Position numbers and translations under genes: made by a program
NCBI GenBank assembly: GCA_973895155.1
Contig: OZ316892.1
Span: 13,203,270 to 13,267,269 of the forward strand
Length of the DNA: 64,000 nucleotides
DNA from: Marsupella aquatica
Lineage: Eukaryota > Plantae > Marchantiophyta
Direction of reading: 5' to 3'
Notes under the pieces: model-generated
Database searches by the model: none
What the model saw: only the letters and a program-made list of their open reading frames with translations
Told to the model about the DNA's origin: nothing
In this document: in pieces, positions 23,521 to 37,168 of the stretch
How the letters are laid out: each line of letters opens with the position of its first letter
Position numbering within the stretch: the first letter of the stretch is position 1

Positions 23521-26500
23521 CTACCCGTTTGCCACACCTTGCTGTCGCCATGGGGGATATTCAGAACTATCAGCACTTCCTCTCAGCATGTCAACAGCTT
23601 CAGACCCATATTCATCGTCGAGGCCATAGTCCTCACCAAAATACTTATCTATGAGTCCATTAGCCATACTACAAAGGTCTTCATTGTCATGGAATTGGAG
23701 CGTTTCCATTGCTGCAATCCCATCCTCCTTATCCACAACCTTTGGGCCTTGATTGTTAGGTAGGCCTCGCATTACCTGTAACACAGACAATTTATGCAAG
23801 AGGCTGAGTCATGGGAGACCAAAATGACGGCCCTGTAGGGCAGAACTGTGTGGACGGAACAGCAAGAGAACTTTCACAACTGGCGCTTTGTCTGTACACG
23901 TGAATTTACAAGAGAAGATAGTCACATCAACTATCAGAACATGACGTGCAAGCCAACTAAGTTTCGAACAAATACTGAGAATGAACAAAGTAAAGAGCTC
24001 GACGATATCTCAAAGTAGAACGAGAATGCCACCAGGATATATCGTTAGTGTAAATTGGATATTCCCTTTTGGTCCATTCTTCCTTTAAGTTCCCACGAGT
24101 ACAAATTCATCAACAAAAATCTGAGCCTACTCCTGGGAATAAAATTAAGACAAAAGATTACACTAGTTCAAAGCCAGTGACAATTGGTATGGAGGGACCT
24201 TACCAGTTCAAGGAACTGAAGACCAAGTCTTGCTGCTTCCATGTCCGGTGATTTTACTAAAGCCAAAAAGCCAGGAATGCAGCCTCTATCCACCAAGACA
24301 GTCAAGTGCTCAACTATAGGATCAACACCGTCCTTACCCATTCCCTTGGGAGCGGCACAAACATGTACCAACGCATAAGCCGCTTCTTTCCTAACATCAA
24401 AAGCTGCAGTAGCTAATAGATGAAGCAAGGATGGTATTGTACCACCTTGAAACACAATCTGCTTATGCAGCATTGTACCTGCTGCAATATTGGACACGGT
24501 CAAGGCCGCCTCCTGCGTAGCAAAAGATCAAAATAGAAATGTGACAAGAATCTTGGTGGTACGAGTGTACACACAAAGGGGAGAGTCTATTGACACTAGA
24601 ACCTAATACTTTGATATCAAAGGACCAAGCTGACGTCATTAACTAATTCCCCATGTACGAGTCATTTGAGATATAGAAAAGGGAAGATAGATACGACAAC
24701 CTGAGATATGTACTACCATGAAACAGGATCAAGAACGACAATAGGATTGATTATAACCTTTTGCAGGGAACGTTGCCCCATTTCCAAGCAGCGCCTTATG
24801 CCTTCATTTAGTCCACCTGTACGGTTGTATCCATTTCAGAACCAAACGAGAATAGTGTAACAAACTGATAATCCCTCACAAAGTCTACAGGGGACCAGTT
24901 TCCATTTTATAGTGGACCAGTTTCACACCTTCCCGTACTAGCTGATAGAAAGAGGGCTGAATGCCTGCATCCACTCAGTGACAAAATTTCGGAAACCCAT
25001 CAATTGCAAGAGGATCGGAAAGGAAATAAGACTCACCTGGACCATCTGGGCTGGCTGCAAGAACAGCATCTGTCCTAGAATTGTCCCCAGCCACAATATT
25101 GCCTATACATCGTAACACCTACAAAGTGGGACCATATTAAAAGTGAAAACAAGCAAACATACTTTCATGGTTGTATGGTTGAAAAGAAGAGGAAAGCAAT
25201 CGAAGTTTGGCATGAGAAAATGAATTCCTATAAAAGGAGACAACAGGTTTCGAGCAGCCTTAACAAAACGGTAGGTGAACAAGGTTTGAAAGGGGTTCTT
25301 CCAAATTGGGTGCCTTACAAATCTCATTCCTTTAAGTCACTGATCTGAATACTACCATCCCATTAAGCTACCAAGCTTTGGCCGTCATGGATACATGGTT
25401 ACAGGAGTAGAGGAACCAACCGGAATCAAGATTGTCAGCTGATCAGATGTGACCAGTCGGTTGATAAGAGGTGGAAGAAGTCCCTTGTTCACAAAAACCT
25501 CAGAGTGAGTATCTGACATAGAAGTAAGGTACACCAGTACCCAAGCTACTTCCACCACGAGCTCGTCATCGCTGCAATTCATACCCAGGTCAGGTAGGAA
25601 GCCATGAGTGAAACGATTCAATCGCATAGTCAAGACTCCGCGTAAATAAAACTGGATAGCCATTATTGTACGCTCTAGTGGTCATGCATAGAGGTTTTAA
25701 ACCGATGTTGGCTTTCTCGACTTTATCAGTCTTAAAACGAAATTGTTCATAGGGAATGAAAAATGGATCTCTACGGCATTTTACCCTTGATAATGATAAA
25801 TGGACCTCTACGGCATTTTACCCTTTGATTAAAAGTTCGACCAGGTATTCTGGCATGCCATCCAGCCTCATTAAGTCTGATGCTGCTCGAAGGCTTGGTC
25901 CCTGCAAGATCCAAACATAAGATGCATACATTGTGATGTGGTTTCTACTTTGACACATAAAAAATCGCTGTACAGTATCTAACAGACTGCTCTGGAACAA
26001 AATTGAAGAGAGATTGTTGACGATGATCTCTTCTATGTAAAGCATGTCGGAGACGAGACGAAAGCTTTATTTATCAAATAGGCTAAACCTGGGGACGCTC
26101 AATCGACCAAACTCAAGACCCACCTTAATCAAGTTGGACATTGCCCACGCTGCGGTTCGTGCTAAAGAAGGAGATGGAGATGCCATTAGACGTCCAAGAT
26201 GAAGCAAGGCCCCTTGTTCCAATAAAAGGTTTCTCATCTGCTCACTTTCGCTAGCCACATTACCAATTGCCCAAGCACATTGCTCAGACACGGCTGCTGA
26301 GCTTTTATCTGTATAAAAACCCACAAAACTTCATAGCAACAAATAACTCTCAACTCAGGAACGGATTGTCTCAAATTAGGTCATTGAAATTGAAGCACGG
26401 ATTATCCAAACGCAAAACGGACTATCCGAACGCAAAATGTCTCACCTCCGAGATGAAGTACAAGCATCCGGATAGCAGGGAGCACTGCCTTAGTCATCTC

Positions 26501-28449
26501 CTGCTCTCCTGAAGCAATGTTAGTTAGGCACCAGGCTGCCTCCACAAGCTGCGCCATCAACATCACAGACATGAGCCAAGCTTCAGTACTGGGGAATCAC
26601 GTCCAACCAAGACAAGGCTACTGCATCCAGGCACTTATTGACAAGATCTACACCAAAGTACTCAGTCATTCTTTCATGAGACACATCTCCCCGTTCTGAA
26701 ATCCCATCCATTGTTGGGTTTGGGCCAAAGAAGTCAAGTTTTGGAACCCAGTTAAACAGGTATCTCTCAAGCCAGGAGGACATTCCACTTCAATTTCGCA
26801 GTCACTTCAATTGGAGCACACAGGCCCAATAGTCGACATACCAGTCAGGTGCGCCTGAATAATTATAGGAACCCTTTTAACGTCCAGAACCAGAGGTGGC
26901 TGATGTTACCTAGGTAGTAAAAGACATGAATGTCCCAAACCCCAACCAGATGTGGTATTCCACCCCCTTCTTAATCCTCAACTGGATTGATTGCTGCGTG
27001 CGTGAGAAAAAAGAGTGACACCCGACCCTTGGTATTAACCCGCCATTTTCATCAAGGATAAAGTGTCCAATTCATGGCAGAGCCCCAATAAGCTTTCCTC
27101 TCGCTCCCTTAATCCGTTTCCCTTCCACCTCGATCGCCAACCAAATCCTTTTTATCAGATCTCCTGCGGACGCTGTGGGTAGCGTGCGCATGCGGCCCGC
27201 AAAGCCAGCACCAATGTATTCACAACCATAGCGGCCCCAGAGAAAAACCTTTTAAGGCCAGTACGATCAGTGGCTCTAATCTCTCAGCTGGGCTCACAAG
27301 CCTTGGTCTCCGCCAACTGATTGCCCTGGCGGTCAACAGCGCCCGTCGGGTGAAAATATGGTGGTCTACGATTTAGAAAACTTACTGGAAAAAATGATGC
27401 GGGTGATCTAGGTCACCATAAATTTTCAGGTCGTGATCAACGTCAAACATCGAAGGACAGCGTCCCTTTGCCGTATACAGGGAACAGAAAACCTTTGACT
27501 ATGCAAAATATTCAGGTAAGAGTGCCATCATACTCCAATCTCCATCAATTACTTCAAAAATGCTCAAGATCAAGTAGCTAGCAACCCTACCTGATCTTCT
27601 GGGGATCCAAATTCGAGGCAATTCACCAATAGAGCTACTACACCAGCCTCCACTGCAACTTTTAATGGGGGGAAAGCATTGCTTGAGAGAAGCTTCCTCA
27701 CATTACGCAGCGCTTCGATCTTCTCTTTAGAAATATCCCTTCCTCTGCACAGAATTTTATCCCGTCAACGGTATGCTTGCAGTCCTCTCTAACTGAACAG
27801 AATCGGTAATGATTTGCTTCCTTTGTTTTCACATACTTACTGCTCGAATCACAATGAATTTGGATGATACGCAAAGTAAAGAATGGGGTTTGGTATGAAG
27901 AGTCAAGACAATACATTGAATTACCCGCTGCTTTGAGTTCTTGGACAGCGATTAAAATTCTCTCTTCCAAGACCTTAGCGGTACTGTTTTCATCCATAGC
28001 CATATCACGATCTCCATTCTCATTTGCACCTCTGCGAAGGCGCTTTCCTCGAACTAGAGCATCTCGTCTTTCCTTCCCAACTTGCACAGCTTGTTGTCTT
28101 CTCCTACCGCCCGCTATATTTGCAACTGAAACATGACCAGAACATCTTCAGTTTATCCAAACGCAATCACTCACGGGTGCAGCTTTAGAACGGTCTAGAC
28201 TGGTCCCGATTCCTCAAATTTGAAGTACATTAAAGGTCCTTCAAAACCTGGCCTACCTTGCCAGGTGCTTCATCGCACTGTGGCGACATCTCCGGTCGAG
28301 AGAGACACAGAGAGAGGGGGGAGAGAGAAGGCTTGGAGAGTGATAGAGTTGGCAACCAACCAACCTGGGGTTTTGAAAACTTGAGCGCGCTGGTGGTGAG
28401 GAGGCTGAGCTCCATTCGTCGCCCATCCCTCGCCAGTAGACGACTCCAT
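23521..28449 (-). CDS. IMPA9: Importin alpha, IMPA-9-like, about 11 exons
   Basis: ATG at 28449. Motifs: IBB-like GGRRRQQAVQVGKERRDALVRGKRLRR; ARM repeats LVEAAWCLTNIA, EQCAWAIGNVA, RTAAWAMSNLIKG, EVAWVLVYL, VSNIAAG and VRKEAAYAL; and C-terminal LQFHDNEDL..MANGLIDKYFGEDYGLDDE, which matches plant IMPA-9 as I recall it. GT-AG boundaries were found. Confidence 0.92.
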
Positions 28450-29359
28450 CTCTACACATCCAGCAGACAGACGCCGATCTCGCAGCTGCAATTCAATTCA
28501 GGAAACGGCCAGCAGCATCCTCCAAACCGACAACGGAGAATAGCAAGTATTCATTCCCTTCACAATCTCGCCGTCCAGCGAGAGATCCCCCACGCTGCAG
28601 GACACAAATCTCCCATCATTTCTCAGAGTCAGGAGAGCACTTTAGGAGAGAGTATTGACCACGAGCGGAGAAAATGAAATGACCTGAACTGAACTGAACT
28701 GAAATCCCACATCGATTTTCGTGAGCCAAACGACAAGAAGACCCTTCCAGACTGTAACGAGAGTGGGAACAAATGTCATCATGACACCTGATCAACTTAA
28801 TGCACGTACTTTTTAAAGGGGGTCAAGAGAGCAAAACCACCACCGCCAACTTTTGCTCTTATCGCCCTGGAAGATGCTCGCATCTCAGACTCTGGGGTTT
28901 GGTTGGGGCACACGGTGGGGCAGGCGGTGGGTACTCGAGCTGGAATGTAGCTGGTATTGGACAGCAAGTGGGATATTGCAGTTTACTCGTGAACTGTGCA
29001 GCGTAAAGCAAGCAACTCTGCACCTGGGTTCCGGGCTTCCTGGCATACCTCTCGACACACGAGGCCTTGAACACCATAGACACAACTGTCTTCTATTCTA
29101 AATCCATGTTTTGCTTCCTCCGAACACAGATCTACCTAAGCAAATTGGCGATCCTGTAGTAGGTCAAAGCTTTACTGTACTGTACCGTCCGCTCTCTCAG
29201 ATTGTACCCTCCGTAACTGCAAGGCTGATCTTTCTTCCCTTTCTCCAAACAGTTTTGCATCTTTTCTTTCGGTTAAGTGTTTCCAGATGTCCACTAGAAG
29301 ACACAAACTCTTTGTTAGAGTGCAAACATGCATTTAATTAATTAATTAATTTGTAACCA

Positions 29360-29594
29360 GGTGGCTTAGGTCAGTTAGCTAGGGAATTGCACCTGGAGTT
29401 CTGGTTCTCTACTCAGCCCTTGGTTGTCCACTTGTGGCTCTGCTTTAGTCTCTCTCCTCCTGGTGTGGGTCCTTGTGGGATCAATGGGGGCTCACCCTGA
29501 ACTGGGTTCCTTAAATTAATGTATGTCACAACTGGGGTGGGGAGAGACACTACTAAGTGTTCTTCCTCATTTCAGCTCAAGACTGGAAAAAAAA
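29360..29594 (+). mobile_element. tRNA-derived SINE-like element
   Basis: Degenerate A-box-like GGTGGCTTAGG at 29360, B-box-like GGTTCTCTACTC near 29403, and an A-run at 29587-29594. The body is homologous to 12858-13054. Confidence 0.55.
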
Positions 29595-32082
29595 TATGCA
29601 CCTTTTTCTTCAGTCTTACAAGTATTTCCAGATGTCCACCAGAAGACACAAACTCTTTGTACAAGTGTAGACACACTTCTGCATAACTATCAACACTTTT
29701 GTTATTGCAGATTTCGTTGCACTTATGTTATAGGATTGTACGGCAGGTAATGTACAGTCCAAGGAGGGGCCAAAGCAGTATTTCAATAAGTTCAATATGG
29801 TCAGTATTGCACCTATCACTTAGTGCAAACCAGGCAACCAGGGGGATCTTAGGTGAGTGCATGATTGCCAACTTGCATTTATCACGTTGAGCAAACTTTA
29901 GTCTGTTTAGACTGCCATTCCAGAAAGTTATGGCAGGACAAAAGTGGTCACATTTTCCCCATTTTAGAAGTTTTGTCAGAACTATGGTAACCTGGAAGTG
30001 ACCTATTGTGAGAAGAACATGCTGGCAGCATTATTTGTCATCAAGTTCTGTGGATTAATTTCTGACAATCAGAGGAAATTCATAGGTGGGAAACTGAAAA
30101 CAGAGAACCCAGAGAATTCTGACCAGACCTGAGTAATGTCATATAGAGGAGTGAATCTAACAAATGTTTGTCAGTGACAAAAAAAATATTGACCCCTGAC
30201 TAGGATGTACCAAGCTTTGCTTAGGGGACAGTGGCTGGATAAACCACACCTGTCACTATAAAAGCCTCATTCCATGTCTCACTACTCACCATAAAAGGTG
30301 GAACACTAGCACCTTTTGTGAAGTAGTTGTCAAAAAAATGTTTTGCAGTCAGCACCTTTTGTTGAACTCAAAACCCATTTCTGAACTTGTACTCTTTAGA
30401 ATGAGAGCTATTGGTTACCCGTAGCCCTTTATAGGGGCAGGTGTGGTTTAAGTGTTTACGTGAGTTTCCCATAATCTCTTGCCCGGAAATAACCTTTTTC
30501 CAGACAATATTCAGGTACTATAATGGAGATATGGGCAGGGGTTCTAGCCCAAACACTGCTCCAAGAAAACTAAAAAAGAGCTTATCAATAGGGCATCTCA
30601 AATCTGGCAGTTCATGGAAAAAAATGACACCCGAAACTACCAGTTTTGGTCACGGGTTAGGAGTGTGCAGACACTCATGTTTGTGCCTGCCACTTGTCTC
30701 TTGGGAATTTGTCACTAAGTGCAATCGGAGGCAGAAAGGAGAAGATTGAGACACCCTAATGCTTCCCCACTGCCCCATCAAGGTTTTCTCACCTTCTGTT
30801 CACAAGGTACATGCTAGTCATACTTATAAAACGCAAACCTCAAGCTAGAGATGGGGTGTCTAGACTTCTAGAGTGAAACCTCTAGACTATAAGAACATAT
30901 TTTTTAAGGTTTTTTATTCTTAGCTAGTGTGGGGAATGTAAAGCAACTCTAAGGGAGGAGATGCTAGGAAAATTCTTTGTTAGTTTTTCCTAGATTACAT
31001 CCTGACCGTCAGATATCCCTAGATTTACTGATGACTGTTAAATTCTGGCAAATGAGGTCCATGATTAGGTGGGAAAGTGGCTAATGGCATTAAAAAAATG
31101 TAGCAAATGTTAGCCAAAAGTGACAAACAATTTGTGGGGAGGTGGAATTTGGCTAAATTTTGCACCTAATTTTTTTGGCTAATTTTTGCACTTAAACTTA
31201 AGTGCAAAATGGGTGACTGTAACTCTAGACTCTAACTCATGGGTACATGTATGTCAAATGCTGATGAAGCATGATTTTTGTCATGGATTTTATTTACATT
31301 CAGGCTAGTAACCTCAGACCGCCAAATATTATCCTGGGCATCTCTCGTTTCCTCCCAAGGGGGAGAGTGTGCACTTAGAGAGGGCAGAGTGTCCTGGAAT
31401 CATCAGGAGATTGGACTTTTGTGTCTGGCCTGAGTCGTGGAAGTGAAGTGCTGGAAGTGCTGCAGTCGAGGCTGGTCGGGACATTTATCACGATGAGCAG
31501 AAGACAGAAAATGTTTCACTGCTTTCGATTCACCTGAGCGAGGGGAGGGTTGCACGCGCGACGTATGTACTCAGGAACGAACACTGGCTTGGCCAATTGC
31601 GAACAGTCCGGAGATGGTGGGTCGATCGATTGATCGATCGAGGTGCCCTTGACTCGGCATCGTGTACGGTCCTGAAGTTTGTGCTGAGGGCAGAGTCTGT
31701 TCGTTCTGGCGGCTTGATTGATACCAGGGAGGGAAGGAGGTGAGGAGAGGAGATCTCGATCGGGATCGAGGTGCTTCCGGGCGCTTCGGTAGATTAGATT
31801 TTTGAGCACATTCGTAATCTGCAATGCGGTCCAGGATTGGATGCTTCAGAGCGATGATTAAGGCCACGTTGATACTGTAATGGAGGGAAGGGTTGGTTAC
31901 GCAGAAGCAGTTTCGAGGTTGGCGGATGATCCAAATGTAAAACACTGGTTGGAGTTTCGGAACGTTAATGCTCACGCCTGGTAGACATTGCTATGTTCAT
32001 CTCGTGATATCAGATACCGATAGAGCAGAGCAGAACAAGAGATTTGTCGTACATTTCTGCATAAGCGAGTGGCGTGGCCAAG

Positions 32083-35000
32083 ATGGCCAGATCAGTCGCC
32101 TGTGTCAGAGGACTACTTCTCCTGGTATTCGTTCAAAGTATCTCACATCTGTGCTTCATCTCATCAGCAGCACTGACTCGACAATCTGATGATAATTTGA
32201 TACCTTCGTTAAGAGGATCTGCTGATTTACGAGCCGAGCGAGGCTTTCCGACTATTTTCCCCCTTCAAGCGCGCGACCTCAACTCTTCACTCTCACTCAC
32301 TGAAAGGAGAAGAAGGAGCCTTTTAGGCGCCGCTCGCATGGGTCTTTACGACGATCTTCTCTCGAAAGGGTAAGATTTTGATTCCCGTCAAGTTCTGTCT
32401 CTTCCAAACCCTGTACACAGTGGAAACTCTGAAGTTGGTCACCTGTCCCGCTGCAGATTTTGAGTTGGAGTCGAAGAGTGGTTCTTGATGATTCGATGAT
32501 GCAGGCTGACGTTTAGCCATCGATTGAGCTGTGGCATCTAGCTATCTTTGTGCTTTGTTCGTTCAATCGTTTTCTTCTCAGACTATATGATCTGAACTTG
32601 AATATGGTTGTTGAGGCTGCAGATACTACACTAGCAAGCTTTTTATTGGCACCCCGGAGCGCGAGTTTGCGTTAATAGTGGACACTGGCAGCACTGTTAC
32701 TTATGTTCCCTGCTCGTCGTGTACGCACTGTGGCACTCATCAGGCATGGTCTTAATCCATTGCCTTGATTTGGTGTTCCGTTTCTTCGTTGCTAGGCACG
32801 ACCAGTGCATGTTCTCTCGTACTTGCTGACTTACTTGTGGCAGTTGCAATTCGCCAATCACAGGATCTGGCTTTTAAGCCTGGAGACTCAGCGACTTACG
32901 AAGCGATCTCCTGTACATCGCCTAGCTGTAACACTGGCGTTTGTGACGAGAATAAACAATGCAAGTATGAGAGGAAGTACGCCGAATCAAGTACAAGTGC
33001 CGGGGTGCTGGGCAAAGACCAGTTTGGTTTCGGAGACAATACTGATCTTGGGAGCCCAAAACTTGTGTTTGGATGCGAAAATGATGAGACGGGAGACTTG
33101 TTCTACCAGAAAGCCGATGGAATCATGGGCCTCGGTCGGGGGCCGCTGAGTATAGTGGATCAGCTAGTTAAAGAGAGAGACATGGCTGATACTTTCTCCT
33201 TGTGTTACGGAGGTATGGATCAGCAAGGAGGCAACATGATAATGGGCGAGTTTATTCATCCCCCGGGCATGGTGTTCACAGCTTCTGACCCTCGGCGCAG
33301 GTAACTTTTGAGTCACCGGAGGTTCTTACTTGGAATAGACTAGGCGGGTGGTACGCCGATTAATGCCAGGTAGAACACTGAAGGTTTGGGGTCATCTACT
33401 TAAGGAAGTAAGCAGTTGTCTTTTAGTCTTGAGGAAGTAGAGCTGTTATTTTAGTCTCAAGGAGGTGTGTATGATTGACCTATTTTGTGGACTGAGCATT
33501 TGTGGATTTCTTTTAGACGCATCAAATTCTGTCCACTGTTTTAATCTAGAACTTGGCATGCTATGTTATGATTGCCGTCAACCTTATCGTTTGCCCCTGC
33601 CTTCATTTTGCTTTGATAGTCGACTATGCAATAATTGATAAAGTTCTTTGCTGCTGCAGTCCATACTACAACGTCGTGTTGAAGGAGATCAAGGTCGCTG
33701 GGACTGCCCTTCCTGTGGATGCAAGTGTTTTTGACGCCAAATTTGGTACCGTGCTTGACAGCGGCACGACATATGCCTATTTACCAGAAAAGGCTTTTAA
33801 TGCGTTCAAACGAGCTGTAATGTTCTCCCTTTACAAACTCTTGTCCGAGCACGTTAATCTAAAAAACTGTTCACTTTCAGTGATCGGATGATCATTCCTC
33901 TGGTGGGATAATGTCTTTTTCTTTGCAAAATGGGATCTGCTCAGGGAGAAAATTTATCACCTGAATTCGTTTTCTACTTTATTCTATTTGATTCTGTTCT
34001 TGACAAGATCTTGTATCAGTATTACATCAACGTTATTGTCTCCTTAACCTAGATATGGGCGGCATATCTTTGAATTTGTTTTATTTGGAATTTTCATTAC
34101 TGTTGGCATTTTTTTAAGTATTTATCGCTCTACCGAGGCGATAGTTAGCTTCGAAAGTCGAGGAATCCATTTGTTTGAAATAAAGAGGGTCCAATATATT
34201 TGGATACGGGAGTGGTTTTGAAATTGAGGTCGATTGTTTCTGGAACTCTTGGGTATTTGGGGATATGATAGGTCAGCCTGTCCCTTCGTATGTTGTGGTC
34301 AATTACTCATATCATTGTTGTAATTGTGCAGGTTCTTGATCAGTTGAACTTGAAAGCAGTAGCAGGACCAGATCCACAGTTTGAGGACTTCTGCTTCGAG
34401 GGTGCTGGGAGGTATGAGTTTATGTCTAACTGTATGTGGCGCTTGTCTTCCAAAGGAGTGAATCGAGTCGTGTTTGTAGTGGAAAGGACGGAAGTGAGAT
34501 TGTGACTTACCGGCGGAATGTTAGAAAGGGAAAGAATTATTGTTAACATATTAAGCATGATAACATCATAACCTTGAATTCAGACACTTGGATCCAGACT
34601 ACCTAGTTCCCGACTGCGACCTTCAGGTTCTTATGTCCGAGTTTGGTCTAGCCAGATCAGACTTGGTAGGCAAGTGTCTGAGCTTGCATGCGATTTGATT
34701 CATTCGTGTTAAATGTCACAACTACGGTGGCCTTCCTTAATGGGCATCACTTCTCTGTGTTCTGGCAGCGATCCCAAGAAGCTCTCAGAATATTTTCCAG
34801 CGGTTGAGCTTGAATTTGGAGATGGTGCGAGCTTGGCATTAGAACCAGAGAATTATCTTTTCAAGGTTTTTACCAAACCCAGATTTCTTTTAATCAAGTA
34901 TCTGAGAAGGTCTTCGTAGATGTTAAGGATGTTGGGGCCATAATACAACTCTTCAGAAACCCGTATGATGAAGGAGCCATTTATATCCTTGGGCAGTGAC

Positions 35001-37168
35001 TGAGTCTATCTTCTATGCACGATTTTTCTCACAGCACACTCAAGTGTCAGGGGCATACTGCCTAGGCGTTTTCAAAAACGATAATGATCACACCACTCTA
35101 CTTGGAGGTACGTGTTCGGTATGTTATCCTTTTAGTGAGGCAGGCAAAGTGAATTATCACTTATCGTCGATGACAAGTAGGCAGTTGAGTTGTTACTCAA
35201 TTCCAATCATATTTTGCAGGAATTTTGGTCAGGAATATGCTTGTGAAATACGACCGAGGAACTAATCAAATAGGTTTCTGGCGCACAAACTGTACTGAAC
35301 TCTGGACTCGCTTACAAGATGCTTATGACGGCAAGAATCCTCCCATTGACCCCACCCCCACCCCCAAAACTGAAGTCAAGAATCCTCCTGTGGGGCAGCC
35401 TGTTGCAGCTCCGGTACCAGGGGTATCAATTCAAATTTCTGGTAAGTACTGCGATTACCTCAACTGGTACAAAGAAGTCCTTAAACAACTTCTGCTTTTG
35501 TTTCATTAGACCAGCCCGATTAGAGGTGAAGTGTTTAGTGCACTGATATTTTGAGTCGAAATGCAGATGAACATATTGGTGGTTTGGAACTCAATATATC
35601 AGTTACTGCAAATTACGCAAAATTCGACTCTCTATCTTCAACATTTGTGGAAGACATGGCCCTGGACTTTGAACTTGAGCCCCACCAGGTATATAGATCT
35701 GTGAACACCGTAACTGAAGGTACAAGGACGGGCGGGTTATGATTTCAAACAAGTGCATCTGGGTTCATCGTGAATAAGATGTGGAGAGAGGTCCAATCCT
35801 GAAAAGATTTGAAACTATTAGCTCTCTGGTCTGGAATGTTTAGTCTTAATTCTTAATCGGTCGCCTAAGGGTTATATTTGCAAATTTAAGGGAGTGAATC
35901 TTCTATCGAGGTTGCTCATGCTGTGCTAGCAGACCACTACTCTTAGATTATGTCTTGATTTGATATCTAGATGAGTTTCGCACCATTAGAGGTCCTGGAG
36001 GTTGCCGTAAGTGTTGTCTTCACTGTTGTGTGGACCACTGCGAACCATTGGTAGTTTCTTGCAACATTGAATGTTCGGAATGCTATCTCCAGTCGAATCT
36101 GTTTAACATCAATCCTAGATCTTTGTTTGATTGCGAAGTCTTCGGTTTGTTACGAGACTTGAAGGAGTTGGATTTTCCTTTTCAGGTTAAGCTGCTTGGT
36201 ATTAAAGAGCACGGACCTGACGTGGATGTCACTTGTGCTGTATCACCTGTCTCTTATGAGTCTCCTCTTCCGGGAAGTACAGTGGAGGTGAGACTTTATT
36301 TAATCTGAATGCGAAGAGAATGAAGATGACTCACCTTGGGTTGATACTATCTTGTGTATTTGTACTCGATGTGGAGGAGAATTCTTTAGGAACAACGAAC
36401 TTACTCAATTATTTCAGTTAATTTAGGATCTTGTACTCGGTGTCCGTACGCAGAAATTTGATAGTTTGTTGAACATTCAAATGCATCAAAGTGTAGTTGT
36501 CCTACTTTATCCGCTTCTGTTGATCTTGAGATATGTCAAACAAAGGTATTTGGTTCATTCAATGCGTTTACTTCCTGATTGTTCTTGTTGACAGAATATA
36601 ATTGGTCGACTCCAGCAACATCGAGTACAGTTCCGCAACGATTTTGGGAACTATCATCTAAATAACTGGAGGGTCATAAACGAAGAAAGGTATGCAGATT
36701 GGGTGACTAGAAAGGGATTTTTTATACGGAAGATGATTTGGTGATCCTATTGTGTTGTGCAATTTTTGTTGGTTTAATTTCTTCAGGATTGCAACCTGAA
36801 GGCATTACGTCATAGAGTCTTAATGTCTCTGGACATTTAAGTTATGACATGGGCTTTACTTCAAATCTTCCGGTGATATATGTCTACAAACCGACAAATC
36901 GAGGAAAGGGCTTGTAGTGTTAGTGTAATCGGGGATCCTGACATCTACCTAGTACTCGCAGCTGACGTCTATTATTTGATGGACATTTTGCAGGTCTTCA
37001 TGGGCTGAAGAAAATGCTGGGATCGTTCTGGGTTTGGTTGTATCGAGTGTTGTACTACTGTCTGCAGGTGTCGCATTGTGGTTTTACCGTAGGTCTAGAG
37101 ATAGAACTCGCAATGTGAAGTATGTAACTGTGGACCCCTTGGGCTACAATGCTTCACAACAGCTCTGA
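32083..37168 (+). CDS. A1-family (atypical / nucellin-like) aspartic protease with signal peptide and C-terminal transmembrane helix, about 12 exons
   Basis: Signal peptide MARSVACVRGLLLLVFVQ; ARMGLYDDLLSKGYYTSKLFIGTP; catalytic VDTGS (exon 2) and LDSGTTYAYLP; ADGIMGLGRG; LEPENYLF; TTLLGGILVRNMLVKYDR; and a TM segment GIVLGLVVSSVVLLSAGVALWFY before the stop at 37168. Confidence 0.92.

Noticed and set aside
28704-28714. Exact plant snRNA USE motif ATCCCACATCG
   Set aside because: No TATA box at the expected spacing and no recognisable snRNA follows; probably a chance match in the importin promoter.
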